Source of the DNA: an uncultured Planctomycetaceae bacterium
GTDB taxonomy: Bacteria; Planctomycetota; Planctomycetia; Planctomycetales; Planctomycetaceae
NCBI GenBank assembly: GCA_963815195.1
Contig: CAWFGE010000015.1
Location: forward strand, 544,001 to 608,000
DNA: 64,000 bases
Direction: 5' to 3'
Part shown: piece by piece, positions 53,841 through 64,000 of the stretch
Layout of the letters: the number at the start of each line of letters is the position of its first letter
How positions within the stretch are numbered: position 1 is the first letter of the stretch
Notes under the pieces: model-generated
Database searches by the model: none
Told to the model about the DNA's origin: nothing
The model's input: only the letters and a program-made list of their open reading frames with translations
Translations under genes and position numbers: made by a program

Positions 53841-54057
53841 GTCCCAAACAATTCCACTGTGCACAAAGCACACCCGTCGCAGGGTTTGGATATTGGGATT
53901 TCGGTCCTTGCGATTTGTTTCGGATTTCGAGATTCGGATTTCGGATTTCCCGCCGCGGGATTGGGGTTCTCTCGCCCTTCCACTTCGCCTATACTCCGCC
54001 GCTTTGGAAAAGCCATTGGGTGGCCGTTTCTCCAATTCAAGCAGGCAGGATGTGCGG

Positions 54058-55155
54058 ATGTGGTACGACGTGCTGGTTGTGGGCGTGTTATTGTTCGCCG
54101 TGTTTCGCGGAGCCGTGAAGGGATTCGTGTGGCAGTTGGCGACGATCGCCGGGTTGGTGTTGTGCTTTACGTTTTCGGGGACGCTCTCCTCGACGATCGC
54201 GCCCTACATCGCCGTCAGGCCCCCGCTCAACCGCTGGCTGGCGATGTTCGGGCTGTACCTCGTGTTTTCCTTTCTGTCGTTCGGCATCGCGCGGGTGCTC
54301 AGGGGCTGGATCGAGAAAGCCCAATTCGTCGAATACGACCGCCATCTGGGATCCGTGTTCGGACTCATCAAAGGCGGGGTCTTCGTGTTGGTGATGACGT
54401 TTTTCGGCGTCACGCTTTCGCATAACTATCCCGAGATCCGCTCTTCGATCTTCAACTCGCAGACCGGCCGAGTCTCCGCGGTGATTATGGATCGCCTGCA
54501 TCCCGTCATGCCTGAGGAATTTCACGCGGTGCTCGAACCCTACATCCATACGCTGGATCGGCCGGGTTTGAATCTCAAACACGCCCACGACGATCAACTG
54601 GGGCCCGTCGAGTCCGATGCGAATAATCAGGCGGGCCCGATCGCGCCTCCGCCGTTCGTGGCTTCCCCCCGCCGAATCGACGACGAACGGCCGCCATTTG
54701 ACAGCGTGGCCGGCGGCGAAACACAGGGGTCAAGCCGCCTCGGTTTTCCGGACGTGTTCGATCCGTCCTTGCCGATGCCCGCCGCTCCGGAGCGAAGTCC
54801 GGTCAGCCCGGCGGCCAATGGCACCCTGGACGATTCTGCGTCACTCTCGGCAGCGCGGGACAAGATGCTTCGCCAAGTCGCCGGCGTGCTGAAGGACGCG
54901 GCCAGCGAGCGCGAGGCGATCGTGAATCAAATCGAAGGCTCGCTGGCGGGGTTGCCGGACCAGATCAAAAACCGCGTGGTTCAGGATTGGTACACGGACT
55001 TTCTCGTGCTCGACAAATCGGCCGATCCCGATCCCCAAACCGATCTGACGACGCCGTTCGACGCGCGGATCCTCAGGCAACTCCAGTTGAATCAGGTCCC
55101 GCTGTCCTCGTTGAGCACGGCCCTTCAAGACCGGTTGCGAAACGCCCGCCGCTGA
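54058..55155 (+). CDS. CvpA family membrane protein with C-terminal extension
   Basis: RGAVKGFVWQL, DRHLGSVFGLIKG. Confidence 0.85.
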   Translation: MWYDVLVVGVLLFAVFRGAVKGFVWQLATIAGLVLCFTFSGTLSSTIAPYIAVRPPLNRWLAMFGLYLVFSFLSFGIARVLRGWIEKAQFVEYDRHLGSVFGLIKGGVFVLVMTFFGVTLSHNYPEIRSSIFNSQTGRVSAVIMDRLHPVMPEEFHAVLEPYIHTLDRPGLNLKHAHDDQLGPVESDANNQAGPIAPPPFVASPRRIDDERPPFDSVAGGETQGSSRLGFPDVFDPSLPMPAAPERSPVSPAANGTLDDSASLSAARDKMLRQVAGVLKDAASEREAIVNQIEGSLAGLPDQIKNRVVQDWYTDFLVLDKSADPDPQTDLTTPFDARILRQLQLNQVPLSSLSTALQDRLRNARR

Positions 55156-55219
55156 TGGTCGCGTTCCGGCCGGTAGGTTAGCCGCAGGGCGCTCGCCCCG
55201 GGTTCGTTTGCCGCGGAGG

Positions 55220-55684
55220 TTATGGGGTCCGCCGAATCGAGGCGGATTGAGCGGGCAGGGGCGTGCACACTGCCACCGTGCGTTGTTTCGTGATGCGGAC
55301 CTGGTTGCCGCGCGGGTTGTATTCGACTTGGGACATAAACCGCTGGATCAGAAACACGCCGCGTCCGCCGGGGCGTTCCAGGTTTTCGGGGAGGGTCGGG
55401 TCGGGCACGTCTTGGGGGCGGAAACCGTCACCCTGATCTTCGACCTCGACCCACACTTTGTCTTTTGCCACCTCGTATTTGATCCGCACGACTTTGGCGG
55501 GGTCTTTTTTGTTGCCGTGCTTGATGGCGTTCATCAAGACTTCTTCCAACGCCAACCGCACGCCCATCACGTCATGGCTGGGGTAGTCGTGTTCTTCCAG
55601 GAACTCCACAATCCGAAGCTGGATTGCCCGGGCCGCCAGCGTGTTGCTGGGAATCACGACTTCCTGGGAATAGGTGTTTGGCAT
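55220..55684 (-). CDS. RsbW-like anti-sigma factor / Ser kinase
   Basis: EEVLMNAIKHGN, EDQGDGF, GGRGVFLI. Confidence 0.9.
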   Translation of the reverse strand: MPNTYSQEVVIPSNTLAARAIQLRIVEFLEEHDYPSHDVMGVRLALEEVLMNAIKHGNKKDPAKVVRIKYEVAKDKVWVEVEDQGDGFRPQDVPDPTLPENLERPGGRGVFLIQRFMSQVEYNPRGNQVRITKQRTVAVCTPLPAQSASIRRTP

Positions 55685-55989
55685 CAGCAACCAAAATTGG
55701 AGGGAAGGGAAGAAAAGTGAAGTGCTGAAGGGACGTTAGGAAAAGACCTTCCATTCGTCTCCTTCAATATGACGAAAATCGGGCGATCAAACAAGACAAA
55801 GTTTGGAAAATCGGCCAAAAACCGCCGAAGTTGGGAGAATTACGGAAAGGTTCCGATTGTTTGGTTCTGGAATTCCCCAATTCGCTGGACAAATTCCACG
55901 GAGATTTCAAGAGAAACCCCGACAAAGCCGCACGGAGCGAAAATTGAGAACACCGGCCGAAATGAACGGCAGGATCGCACGGATCGTTG

Positions 55990-56538
55990 TCACTTCGGCG
56001 GGAGGATCTCGCGGATTTTTTCCAGAATCTCAACCGGTTCCGCCATGCGGCCCGGTCCGATTTGCCCGCAGCTCAGCCAGCCGCTGCCGGGTTCGACGAT
56101 GTTCACGCCGTCTTCGACGAGTTGGCGGAGGTTCCTCTGCACCGAGGCTTTGTTCCACATTTCCGTGTTCATCGCCGGGGCCACAAGCAGAGGGCAGGTG
56201 ATCGTCAACGCGAGCGTGGAGAGCAGATCGTCGGCAAACCCCAGCGCGATTTTGGCGAGACAGTTCGCCGTCGCCGGGGCGATGACCATCAATTCCGCCC
56301 GCCGTGCCAGGCCGATGTGCTCGCCCTGAAAATGTTCCCTCGGCTCGAACACACGCCGATACACCGGCCGGCCCGTGAGCGCTTCGAACGTGGTGGGGCC
56401 GATGAACCGCTCGGCCGATTCGGTCATCACCACCGTGACCTTCGCCCCGGCTTGCATGACCTTGCTCGCCAAGTCCGCGGCCTTGTAAGCGGCGATGCCC
56501 CCGCTTACCCCGAGCAGAATTTCCCGGTGTTCCAGCAT
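55990..56538 (-). CDS. coaC: Phosphopantothenoylcysteine decarboxylase (stand-alone CoaC domain)
   Basis: [36 protein letters not shown]; stop after 182 aa. Confidence 0.93.
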   Translation of the reverse strand: MLEHREILLGVSGGIAAYKAADLASKVMQAGAKVTVVMTESAERFIGPTTFEALTGRPVYRRVFEPREHFQGEHIGLARRAELMVIAPATANCLAKIALGFADDLLSTLALTITCPLLVAPAMNTEMWNKASVQRNLRQLVEDGVNIVEPGSGWLSCGQIGPGRMAEPVEILEKIREILPPK

Positions 56539-56674
56539 GGCTCATGAAATTCCCAATGGGCCGCGGCAATGACCAATGACCAATCGGCACCGCGATGGAA
56601 ACGTTTTGAACCTACGAGTCATCAGCCAGCTTACGCTGGCCGCTCGCCTTTTTGGTCATTGGGATTTCTGAAGA

Positions 56675-56950
56675 TTAGATGTCGTCCAGGCTGGGACCCG
56701 AATCGTCTGTGATGGCTCCCAATCCGACCGGGGCGCCTTCGTTGACCTGCAGCCGGCCGGAACGGTCCAGGTAGATCTTGTTCTGCATGATTTCCTGGAC
56801 GACGACTTCCATCATGTTTTTGGTGGGCAGTTCCACCAGCGGCCGGGCTCCGCGATTGAGGGCCACGAGCCGTTTTTGAATGAGCGACGACAACTTGAAC
56901 CGCCCGCCCACCTTGTTGACGATTTCCTCTTCCTTAAACTCTTCCAGCAT
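56675..56950 (-). CDS. rpoZ: RNA polymerase omega subunit
   Basis: [15 protein letters not shown]; located between gmk and coaC. Confidence 0.88.
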   Translation of the reverse strand: MLEEFKEEEIVNKVGGRFKLSSLIQKRLVALNRGARPLVELPTKNMMEVVVQEIMQNKIYLDRSGRLQVNEGAPVGLGAITDDSGPSLDDI

Positions 56951-57545
56951 CGGTTTTCGACTCCTGTTGGGATATGAGAATCTGGGAAATTTCCTCGACC
57001 GCCCGTTCCAGGTCGTCATTGACGACTTGGTAATCATAGCGGTCGGCGTATTTCAATTCTTCCGCGGCGGTCTTCAGTCGCCGGCGAATGACCTGTTCCG
57101 ATTCCGTGCCCCGCGCCCGCAATCGACGTTCGTAATCCTCGACCGAAGGTACGACGAGAAACACGCTCACCGCGTCCGGATATTCTTTCATCACGGCGAG
57201 CGCGCCTTCGACGTCGATCTCCAAAAACGACCACGCCCCCGCTTTCCGGGCCCGCTCCAGCTCCGAGCGCAGGGTGCCGTACCAATATCCGGAATGATGC
57301 ACCTCGGCACATTCCAGAAACTCGCCCGCCTCGCGCTTGCGGTCGAATTCCTCTTGTGTCAGGAAATAATACGCTTCCCCGTCCACTTCCCCCGCGCGCG
57401 GCGGCCGGGTCGTGGCGGAGACGGCTTTCATCAAAGGCACCGGCGACCGCTCCAAGAGCCGCCGCACAATCGTCGTCTTCCCGACACCGCTCGGACCGGA
57501 AAGCAAAAACACGCGAAGATGGGAATTGCCAGGGGACAACGGCAT
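56934..57545 (-). CDS. gmk: Guanylate kinase
   Basis: [30 protein letters not shown]. Confidence 0.96.
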   Translation of the reverse strand: MPLSPGNSHLRVFLLSGPSGVGKTTIVRRLLERSPVPLMKAVSATTRPPRAGEVDGEAYYFLTQEEFDRKREAGEFLECAEVHHSGYWYGTLRSELERARKAGAWSFLEIDVEGALAVMKEYPDAVSVFLVVPSVEDYERRLRARGTESEQVIRRRLKTAAEELKYADRYDYQVVNDDLERAVEEISQILISQQESKTDAGRV

Positions 57546-57599
57546 TTCAGGTTGGTTTCAAGTTCCAAGTTTCACATTTTCGACTGAAAACCGAAAACC

Positions 57600-58484
57600 T
57601 TATTCCACGTTCTGCAGGACTTCGCGGATTTTCTCCACGGCGGATTTCATTTCCACGACGCAGTGGGCGATGGCCACGTTGTTCGCTTTGGCCCCGATGG
57701 TGTTGATCTCGCGGAACATCTCCTGGCTGAGGAATTCCAGCTTGCGCCCCTGCGAATTTTCGCCTTGCAGAAACGTTTCAAACTGCTCCAAATGCGAGCG
57801 GAGGCGGGTGATCTCTTCGTTGATGTCGCAGCGCTCGCTGAAAATGCTGACTTCGCGAATCAGGTCGGAGCTGTCCACTGTGGCATCGGTGGTTTCCAAG
57901 AGTTCGCGAACCCGGTCGAGCAAGCGGTCGCGAAAGCCCGCCACCACCTGCGGGGCCAATTCCGCCACCTGGCCGAGTTGCTCGGTGATGATTCCCGCAT
58001 TCAGCCGGAGGTCGCGAAGCATCGATTCGCCTTCGATGGCCCGGAACTCGGACAGTTTTTCCAGAGCCGCGACCAGCGTCTGTTGGATCAGCGGCCAGTC
58101 ATCGTGCGGGTTGGTGTGCGAGAACGTGTCTTCGCCGACGACGCCCGGCAAGAGCAGCAGATGCTCGAGTTGCGGATGCGAAGTGACGTGCAGAGACTCG
58201 GCGGCCTGATTCAACTGCCGCCAGTAGCTTTGCAGCACATCGCGGTTCAGTTGGTACTGGTTCTCCACACCCACGCGGTCCACGCGCACCGCCGCCGAGA
58301 CCGTGCCGCGGGAAATCACGCCGCGGAGGATTTGCTCGATCTCGCCTTCGAGCGCTGCGTACGCGTCGGGACAGCGGATCATCAATTTGAGGTAACGATT
58401 GTTGACCGTGCGGACTTCGACCGCCACGCTCAAACGTTCGTTTTGGTTTCGAGCATCCCCAAAACCCGTCATGCTCAACAGCAC
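57600..58484 (-). CDS. yicC: YicC/YloC family endoribonuclease
   Basis: SMTGFG, VNNRYL, DINEEITRL, GRKLEFLSQEMFREINTIGAK, QNVE. Confidence 0.95.
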   Translation of the reverse strand: MLLSMTGFGDARNQNERLSVAVEVRTVNNRYLKLMIRCPDAYAALEGEIEQILRGVISRGTVSAAVRVDRVGVENQYQLNRDVLQSYWRQLNQAAESLHVTSHPQLEHLLLLPGVVGEDTFSHTNPHDDWPLIQQTLVAALEKLSEFRAIEGESMLRDLRLNAGIITEQLGQVAELAPQVVAGFRDRLLDRVRELLETTDATVDSSDLIREVSIFSERCDINEEITRLRSHLEQFETFLQGENSQGRKLEFLSQEMFREINTIGAKANNVAIAHCVVEMKSAVEKIREVLQNVE

Positions 58485-58742
58485 AACCGTCTCGCTTTCC
58501 GAAATGTGGTAGCCACCGATCAAAACCCGGCCGACTCGAACCGCGCTGGTCCGTTCCATGTCAAGGTCCGGGCGGGTCAGGGGGTTTGATGTGCGGGGCG
58601 GAATAACAACCGTTCAATTCCTCCAGCATACAATTCGGAAGTTCCCTGACGCAACCGGTCTGAGAATTTGGGCAGGGCAGAGGGTCTTTCGCAGCGGCGG
58701 CTTTTAGCCGCCGAGTCAATCTCTGGAACACCCAAGGGCCCT

Positions 58743-59225
58743 TCACTCGGCCTTCGATTCGGTTTTGGAATCCGTTTTGGATTCCGTGTTCCCGGTGTTC
58801 TCAGGCGGCTTGGGCGTTTCCGTTTTTTTTGCGGGGGGCTTCGTTGCGGGTTCGCTATTAGGACCTTTGGGGGGTTGCGATTCTGGCTCGCCGGCACCGC
58901 GTTTTTCCACGGTCGGAACGTTGTCCTGCTCTTTTTCCTGCTTTTCGAGTTCCGCCTCGGATGTAAAACCCTGGGCGACTTGTGTGGCCGCAGGCTCCAG
59001 GGCGAAGCGGCTCACGCCCGCCAGAAACACCCAAATGATCGCCATGATCGCGGTGATCTTGGTGAAGACATCGCCCGCGCGGGTGCCGAAGGCGCTTTGG
59101 CCGCCCGCTCCGCCGAACGCGCCGGCCAGACCGCCGCCGCGTCCGCGCTGCAGCAGGATAATGATCATCAGCAAGACGCCGACGAGCATGAGCAAAACCA
59201 TCGAGAGAATGGCCAACCACATCAT
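58743..59225 (-). CDS. secG: Preprotein translocase subunit SecG
   Basis: [17 protein letters not shown]...FTKIT; follows tpiA. Confidence 0.93.
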   Translation of the reverse strand: MMWLAILSMVLLMLVGVLLMIIILLQRGRGGGLAGAFGGAGGQSAFGTRAGDVFTKITAIMAIIWVFLAGVSRFALEPAATQVAQGFTSEAELEKQEKEQDNVPTVEKRGAGEPESQPPKGPNSEPATKPPAKKTETPKPPENTGNTESKTDSKTESKAE

Positions 59226-59237
59226 AACCTGGGTTCC

Positions 59238-60011
59238 TTATGACTCGGCCAGATTCCAGGCCGCTTGAATTATGGGCAAGAACTCTTGGGCTTTCAAACT
59301 CGCTCCGCCCACCAAGGCACCGTCCACGTTTGTCTGTTCCAGCAATTCCGCCGCGTTATTGGGCTTCACACTGCCACCATAGAGAATTCGCGTCCGCTGT
59401 GCAATTTCGGAATTGTAACGTTCGGAAAGCCAATCGCGAAGATACGCGTGGACTTCCTCGGCCTGCTCGGGCGTGGCCGTCTTCCCGGTGCCGATGGCCC
59501 ACACCGGTTCGTAGGCGATCGTGATCTTGGAGAAGCTCCCGGCGGGAACGTCGGCGAGGCCGTCTTCCATCTGCACGTCGAGCACGGCTTCGGTCTGATT
59601 GGCTTCCCGCTCCGCGAGCAACTCGCCCACGCACAAGATCACGTCCAAGCCGCCCGCGAGCACGGCTTTCACTTTTTGATTGATGAGTTCGTTGCTTTCT
59701 TCCAGGACATGCCGGCGTTCGCTGTGCCCCAAAATCACCTGCTGACAGCCCACGTCCTTGAGCATATCCACGCCGACTTCGCCGGTGTAAGCCCCTGGCG
59801 GCGCGTGCCAGGCATTCTGGGCCCCCAATTGAATCGCGCTGCCCTCCAGGGCCGGCTTCACCGCGGCCAGATAAGGAAACGGCGGAGCGACCAGCACATC
59901 CACATCGGCGCGCTCGGCGGGAACCTGGCTCGCGAGCTCGGCCGCCAGCGCGGTCGCCGACTCGAGCAGGGTGTTCATTTTCCAATTTCCCGCAACGAAC
60001 AACCGCCTCAT
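59238..60011 (-). CDS. tpiA: Triosephosphate isomerase
   Basis: [35 protein letters not shown]. Confidence 0.98.
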   Translation of the reverse strand: MRRLFVAGNWKMNTLLESATALAAELASQVPAERADVDVLVAPPFPYLAAVKPALEGSAIQLGAQNAWHAPPGAYTGEVGVDMLKDVGCQQVILGHSERRHVLEESNELINQKVKAVLAGGLDVILCVGELLAEREANQTEAVLDVQMEDGLADVPAGSFSKITIAYEPVWAIGTGKTATPEQAEEVHAYLRDWLSERYNSEIAQRTRILYGGSVKPNNAAELLEQTNVDGALVGGASLKAQEFLPIIQAAWNLAES

Positions 60012-60231
60012 GATCAATGCCTCAAATCCCAATTCAAAAAAAGAAAGCCCCGCGAAGATGACAGATAGTTCCGAGGCGGCGGAAAATCAAGACCACGGCA
60101 AGATAATGCGGAATCCCGCATTTATTGACGTGAGTGTGCCACGGCCTCCACCACTGCCATTCGCGGGAGAGCCGCCAATCTTGGCCGAAACTCTTCGCTC
60201 CGAATTCAAAATGCTAGGGCAGGGCACCCAA

Positions 60232-61461
60232 TTATTCGCGGGGTTCGCTGCGAGGGTAAGCTCCCAGCACCCGCATCGTGACGGCCATTTTCTCCACTTC
60301 GCTCAAGGCCTTTTTGATCCGGGCCTCGCTCAGGTGGCCTTCAAAGTCCATGAAGAACAAATAGCCGTCCTCCTCGCCCCGCAGCGGGAACGACTCGATC
60401 CAGGTGAGGTTGATTTTCCCTTTTTTGAAGATCGCCAGCGCATCGGTCAGCGAGCCGGGCTTGTGGGGGATTTGCAGGAGGATGGATGTGCGGTCCTCGC
60501 CGCTGGGCTTGCAGATCTCGTCGCCCACGACCGCGAAACGGGTCACGTTCTTGCTGCTGTCCTCGATGTTCTCGGCGATGATGTTCAAATCATACTGCAC
60601 CGCTGCCTGCCGGCTGGCGACGGCGGCGGCTCCGCGGGCCTGCTGAGCCAACTGGGCCGCGGCCGACGTGCTCGTGACTTCGTGCTGCCCCGCCTGCGGC
60701 ATGTTGCGGGCGAGCCAATCCCGGCACTGCGACAAGGCCTGGGGCTTGCTGTAGATGTCCGTGATTTCGCTTCGCTGGCAGCGGGCGAGCAGGTTGTGAT
60801 GCACGCTGATCTGCACCTCGCCACAGATCCGCAAAGGCAGCCGGCGAAACATATCCAAAGTGTCGATGATCCGCCCGTCGGTGCTGTTTTCGATGGGCAC
60901 GAGACCATAGTCGGCATGCCCGCGGTTGACTTCCTCGAACACCGACGCGATCGTGCTCACGGGGACCAAATCCGACTGTTCGCCAAACCGCTCGATCGCC
61001 GCGATGTGGGTGAAACTGAAGGGCGGACCCAGATAGGCCACGCGGGAGGTCTTGACCTTTTGCCGGGCCGCGCTGAGAATCTGACGGAAGACCCCGCGCA
61101 CCGCGCTTTCGGAAAGCGGGCCGGGATTGGCGGCCGCCAGTTCCTGCCACAACCGATCGTCGGATTTGGGGTCGTACAAGACTTTTGTGGGGTGCGGCAC
61201 TGCCTGGATCTGGGCCGTAGTGAGTTGCGCCCGCTCGTTGATGAGTTTGAGGATTTCCTTATCCAGTTTGCGAAGCCGGGCCTCCGAATTCGCCCCAGGC
61301 TTTTTCTTACGGACGGGAGCGGCTTTTTTCGCGGGGGCTTTTTTCGCGGGGGCGGTCTTTTTTTTGACCTGGCGATTGGCCGGCACCTTACGTTTCGTTT
61401 TGGACTTGGCCTTCGCAGACGAAGCAGAGCGGCGTTTGGAGGTTGCGGTTTTTTTTGCCAT
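60232..61461 (-). CDS. pheA: Chorismate mutase/prephenate dehydratase
   Basis: [43 protein letters not shown]. Confidence 0.95.
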   Translation of the reverse strand: MAKKTATSKRRSASSAKAKSKTKRKVPANRQVKKKTAPAKKAPAKKAAPVRKKKPGANSEARLRKLDKEILKLINERAQLTTAQIQAVPHPTKVLYDPKSDDRLWQELAAANPGPLSESAVRGVFRQILSAARQKVKTSRVAYLGPPFSFTHIAAIERFGEQSDLVPVSTIASVFEEVNRGHADYGLVPIENSTDGRIIDTLDMFRRLPLRICGEVQISVHHNLLARCQRSEITDIYSKPQALSQCRDWLARNMPQAGQHEVTSTSAAAQLAQQARGAAAVASRQAAVQYDLNIIAENIEDSSKNVTRFAVVGDEICKPSGEDRTSILLQIPHKPGSLTDALAIFKKGKINLTWIESFPLRGEEDGYLFFMDFEGHLSEARIKKALSEVEKMAVTMRVLGAYPRSEPRE

Positions 61462-61854
61462 AGCAGCCCTTTGTGCTGTGTCTCGCGAGGCCAGCCACGG
61501 AATCGGCCCTTACCATAGCACTGCAGAAACTCGTTCGGGGGAAACAGCGTGCGGTCAAGGGCAGGGGAGTGCTGGCAAAGGCAAGGGGTGAGGAAATCGG
61601 AGGTCCAAACGCGGGCAAAGCCCGCCACAAGCAGGTTGTTATAACCTCTTTATTTACAAAAACTTATGATAATCAATTTTCCAGGGCCCCGTCGGATTTC
61701 TTCAGAATTCGGGTTCCTTTTCGGTTGAGCCTTTGGTTGTACAGGGCAGAGCAAACACTGTCAAGCGGCCCAAAGGTGCCAACTGTAAACCTGCGTTCGG
61801 TTTAGTGAAAATAAGCAAAAGTTTCTGCCAAGTTCACCGCAAAACCCGACTGGC

Positions 61855-61912
61855 TGCCAATTTGACATCCTTGAGAAAACTCAGCCAAAGGCCACAGGAT
61901 GTCATTTTGGCA
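61855..61912. promoter_or_regulatory. Putative enhancer (activator-binding) inverted repeat
   Basis: tgccaatttgacatcc / ggatgtcattttggca, 14/16 inverted match, ~100-150 bp upstream of the sigma54 site. Confidence 0.6.
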
Positions 61913-62009
61913 CCCATCAGTGGCCTTCACAAAACTCGCGTTCAGATCATTGATCGTAAGTTATTTCCATTCAAGGAATTAAGAATTGTGGGCCCGCGGC
62001 GTCAACAAT

Positions 62010-62025
62010 TGGCACACGCGTTGCT
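62010..62025 (+). promoter_or_regulatory. Sigma54 (-24/-12) promoter of dnaK
   Basis: TGGCAC-acgcg-TTGCT fits TGGCAC-N5-TTGCW exactly. Confidence 0.8.
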
Positions 62026-62183
62026 CTTAGGTTCAGGGAATCAAAAATCCGCCAAAACGTGTCTGATTTTCCAAAACGGCGGCCATCGGGTTTAATGAAC
62101 ATTTCGTCTTTCGACCAACTTGCGGTATCCGTTCACTTGCCCATGGTCGAAAGCTCTAAACATTGGCGAGAGGAGAAGTTCGA

Positions 62184-64000
<1,817 letters not shown>

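Noticed and set aside
58560..58742. Possible tRNA after secG
   Set aside because: No cloverleaf or T-loop motif seen.

Overview
A 64 kb GC-rich bacterial segment, most likely Planctomycetota (inferred from DUF1501, a planctomycete cytochrome c protein, a YTV-repeat protein, an SHD1-like protein and split coaB/coaC). The right part is mostly housekeeping: glyA, larE, thiO, dtd, coaC-rpoZ-gmk-yicC-secG-tpiA, pheA, and a dnaK cut off by the window end that has a clear sigma54 promoter. The left end (1-4650) is a polymorphic-toxin array on the minus strand. It holds two 5'-truncated toxin/immunity pairs (an HNH tip with a SUKH immunity gene, and an Rhs core plus long C-terminal toxin region with an unknown immunity gene). 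Each toxin starts exactly at a perfect REP-like inverted-repeat doublet, and each immunity gene is followed by the same ~32 bp repeat. This is the best candidate for an undescribed system. The window also has many distinct REP-like palindrome families, a truncated RAYT transposase between inverted REPs, and one REP translated inside a gene. Other features: a ParDE module whose toxin begins with ATA, a rhomboid/Uma2 chimera, a peptidase-RimK-GCS2 operon, and a flavoprotein-radical SAM-phosphoesterase cluster. About eleven genes carry single-base frameshifts, probably sequencing or assembly indels. No rRNA, tRNA or CRISPR array was recognised. All family calls come from motif recognition by eye, not database searches.
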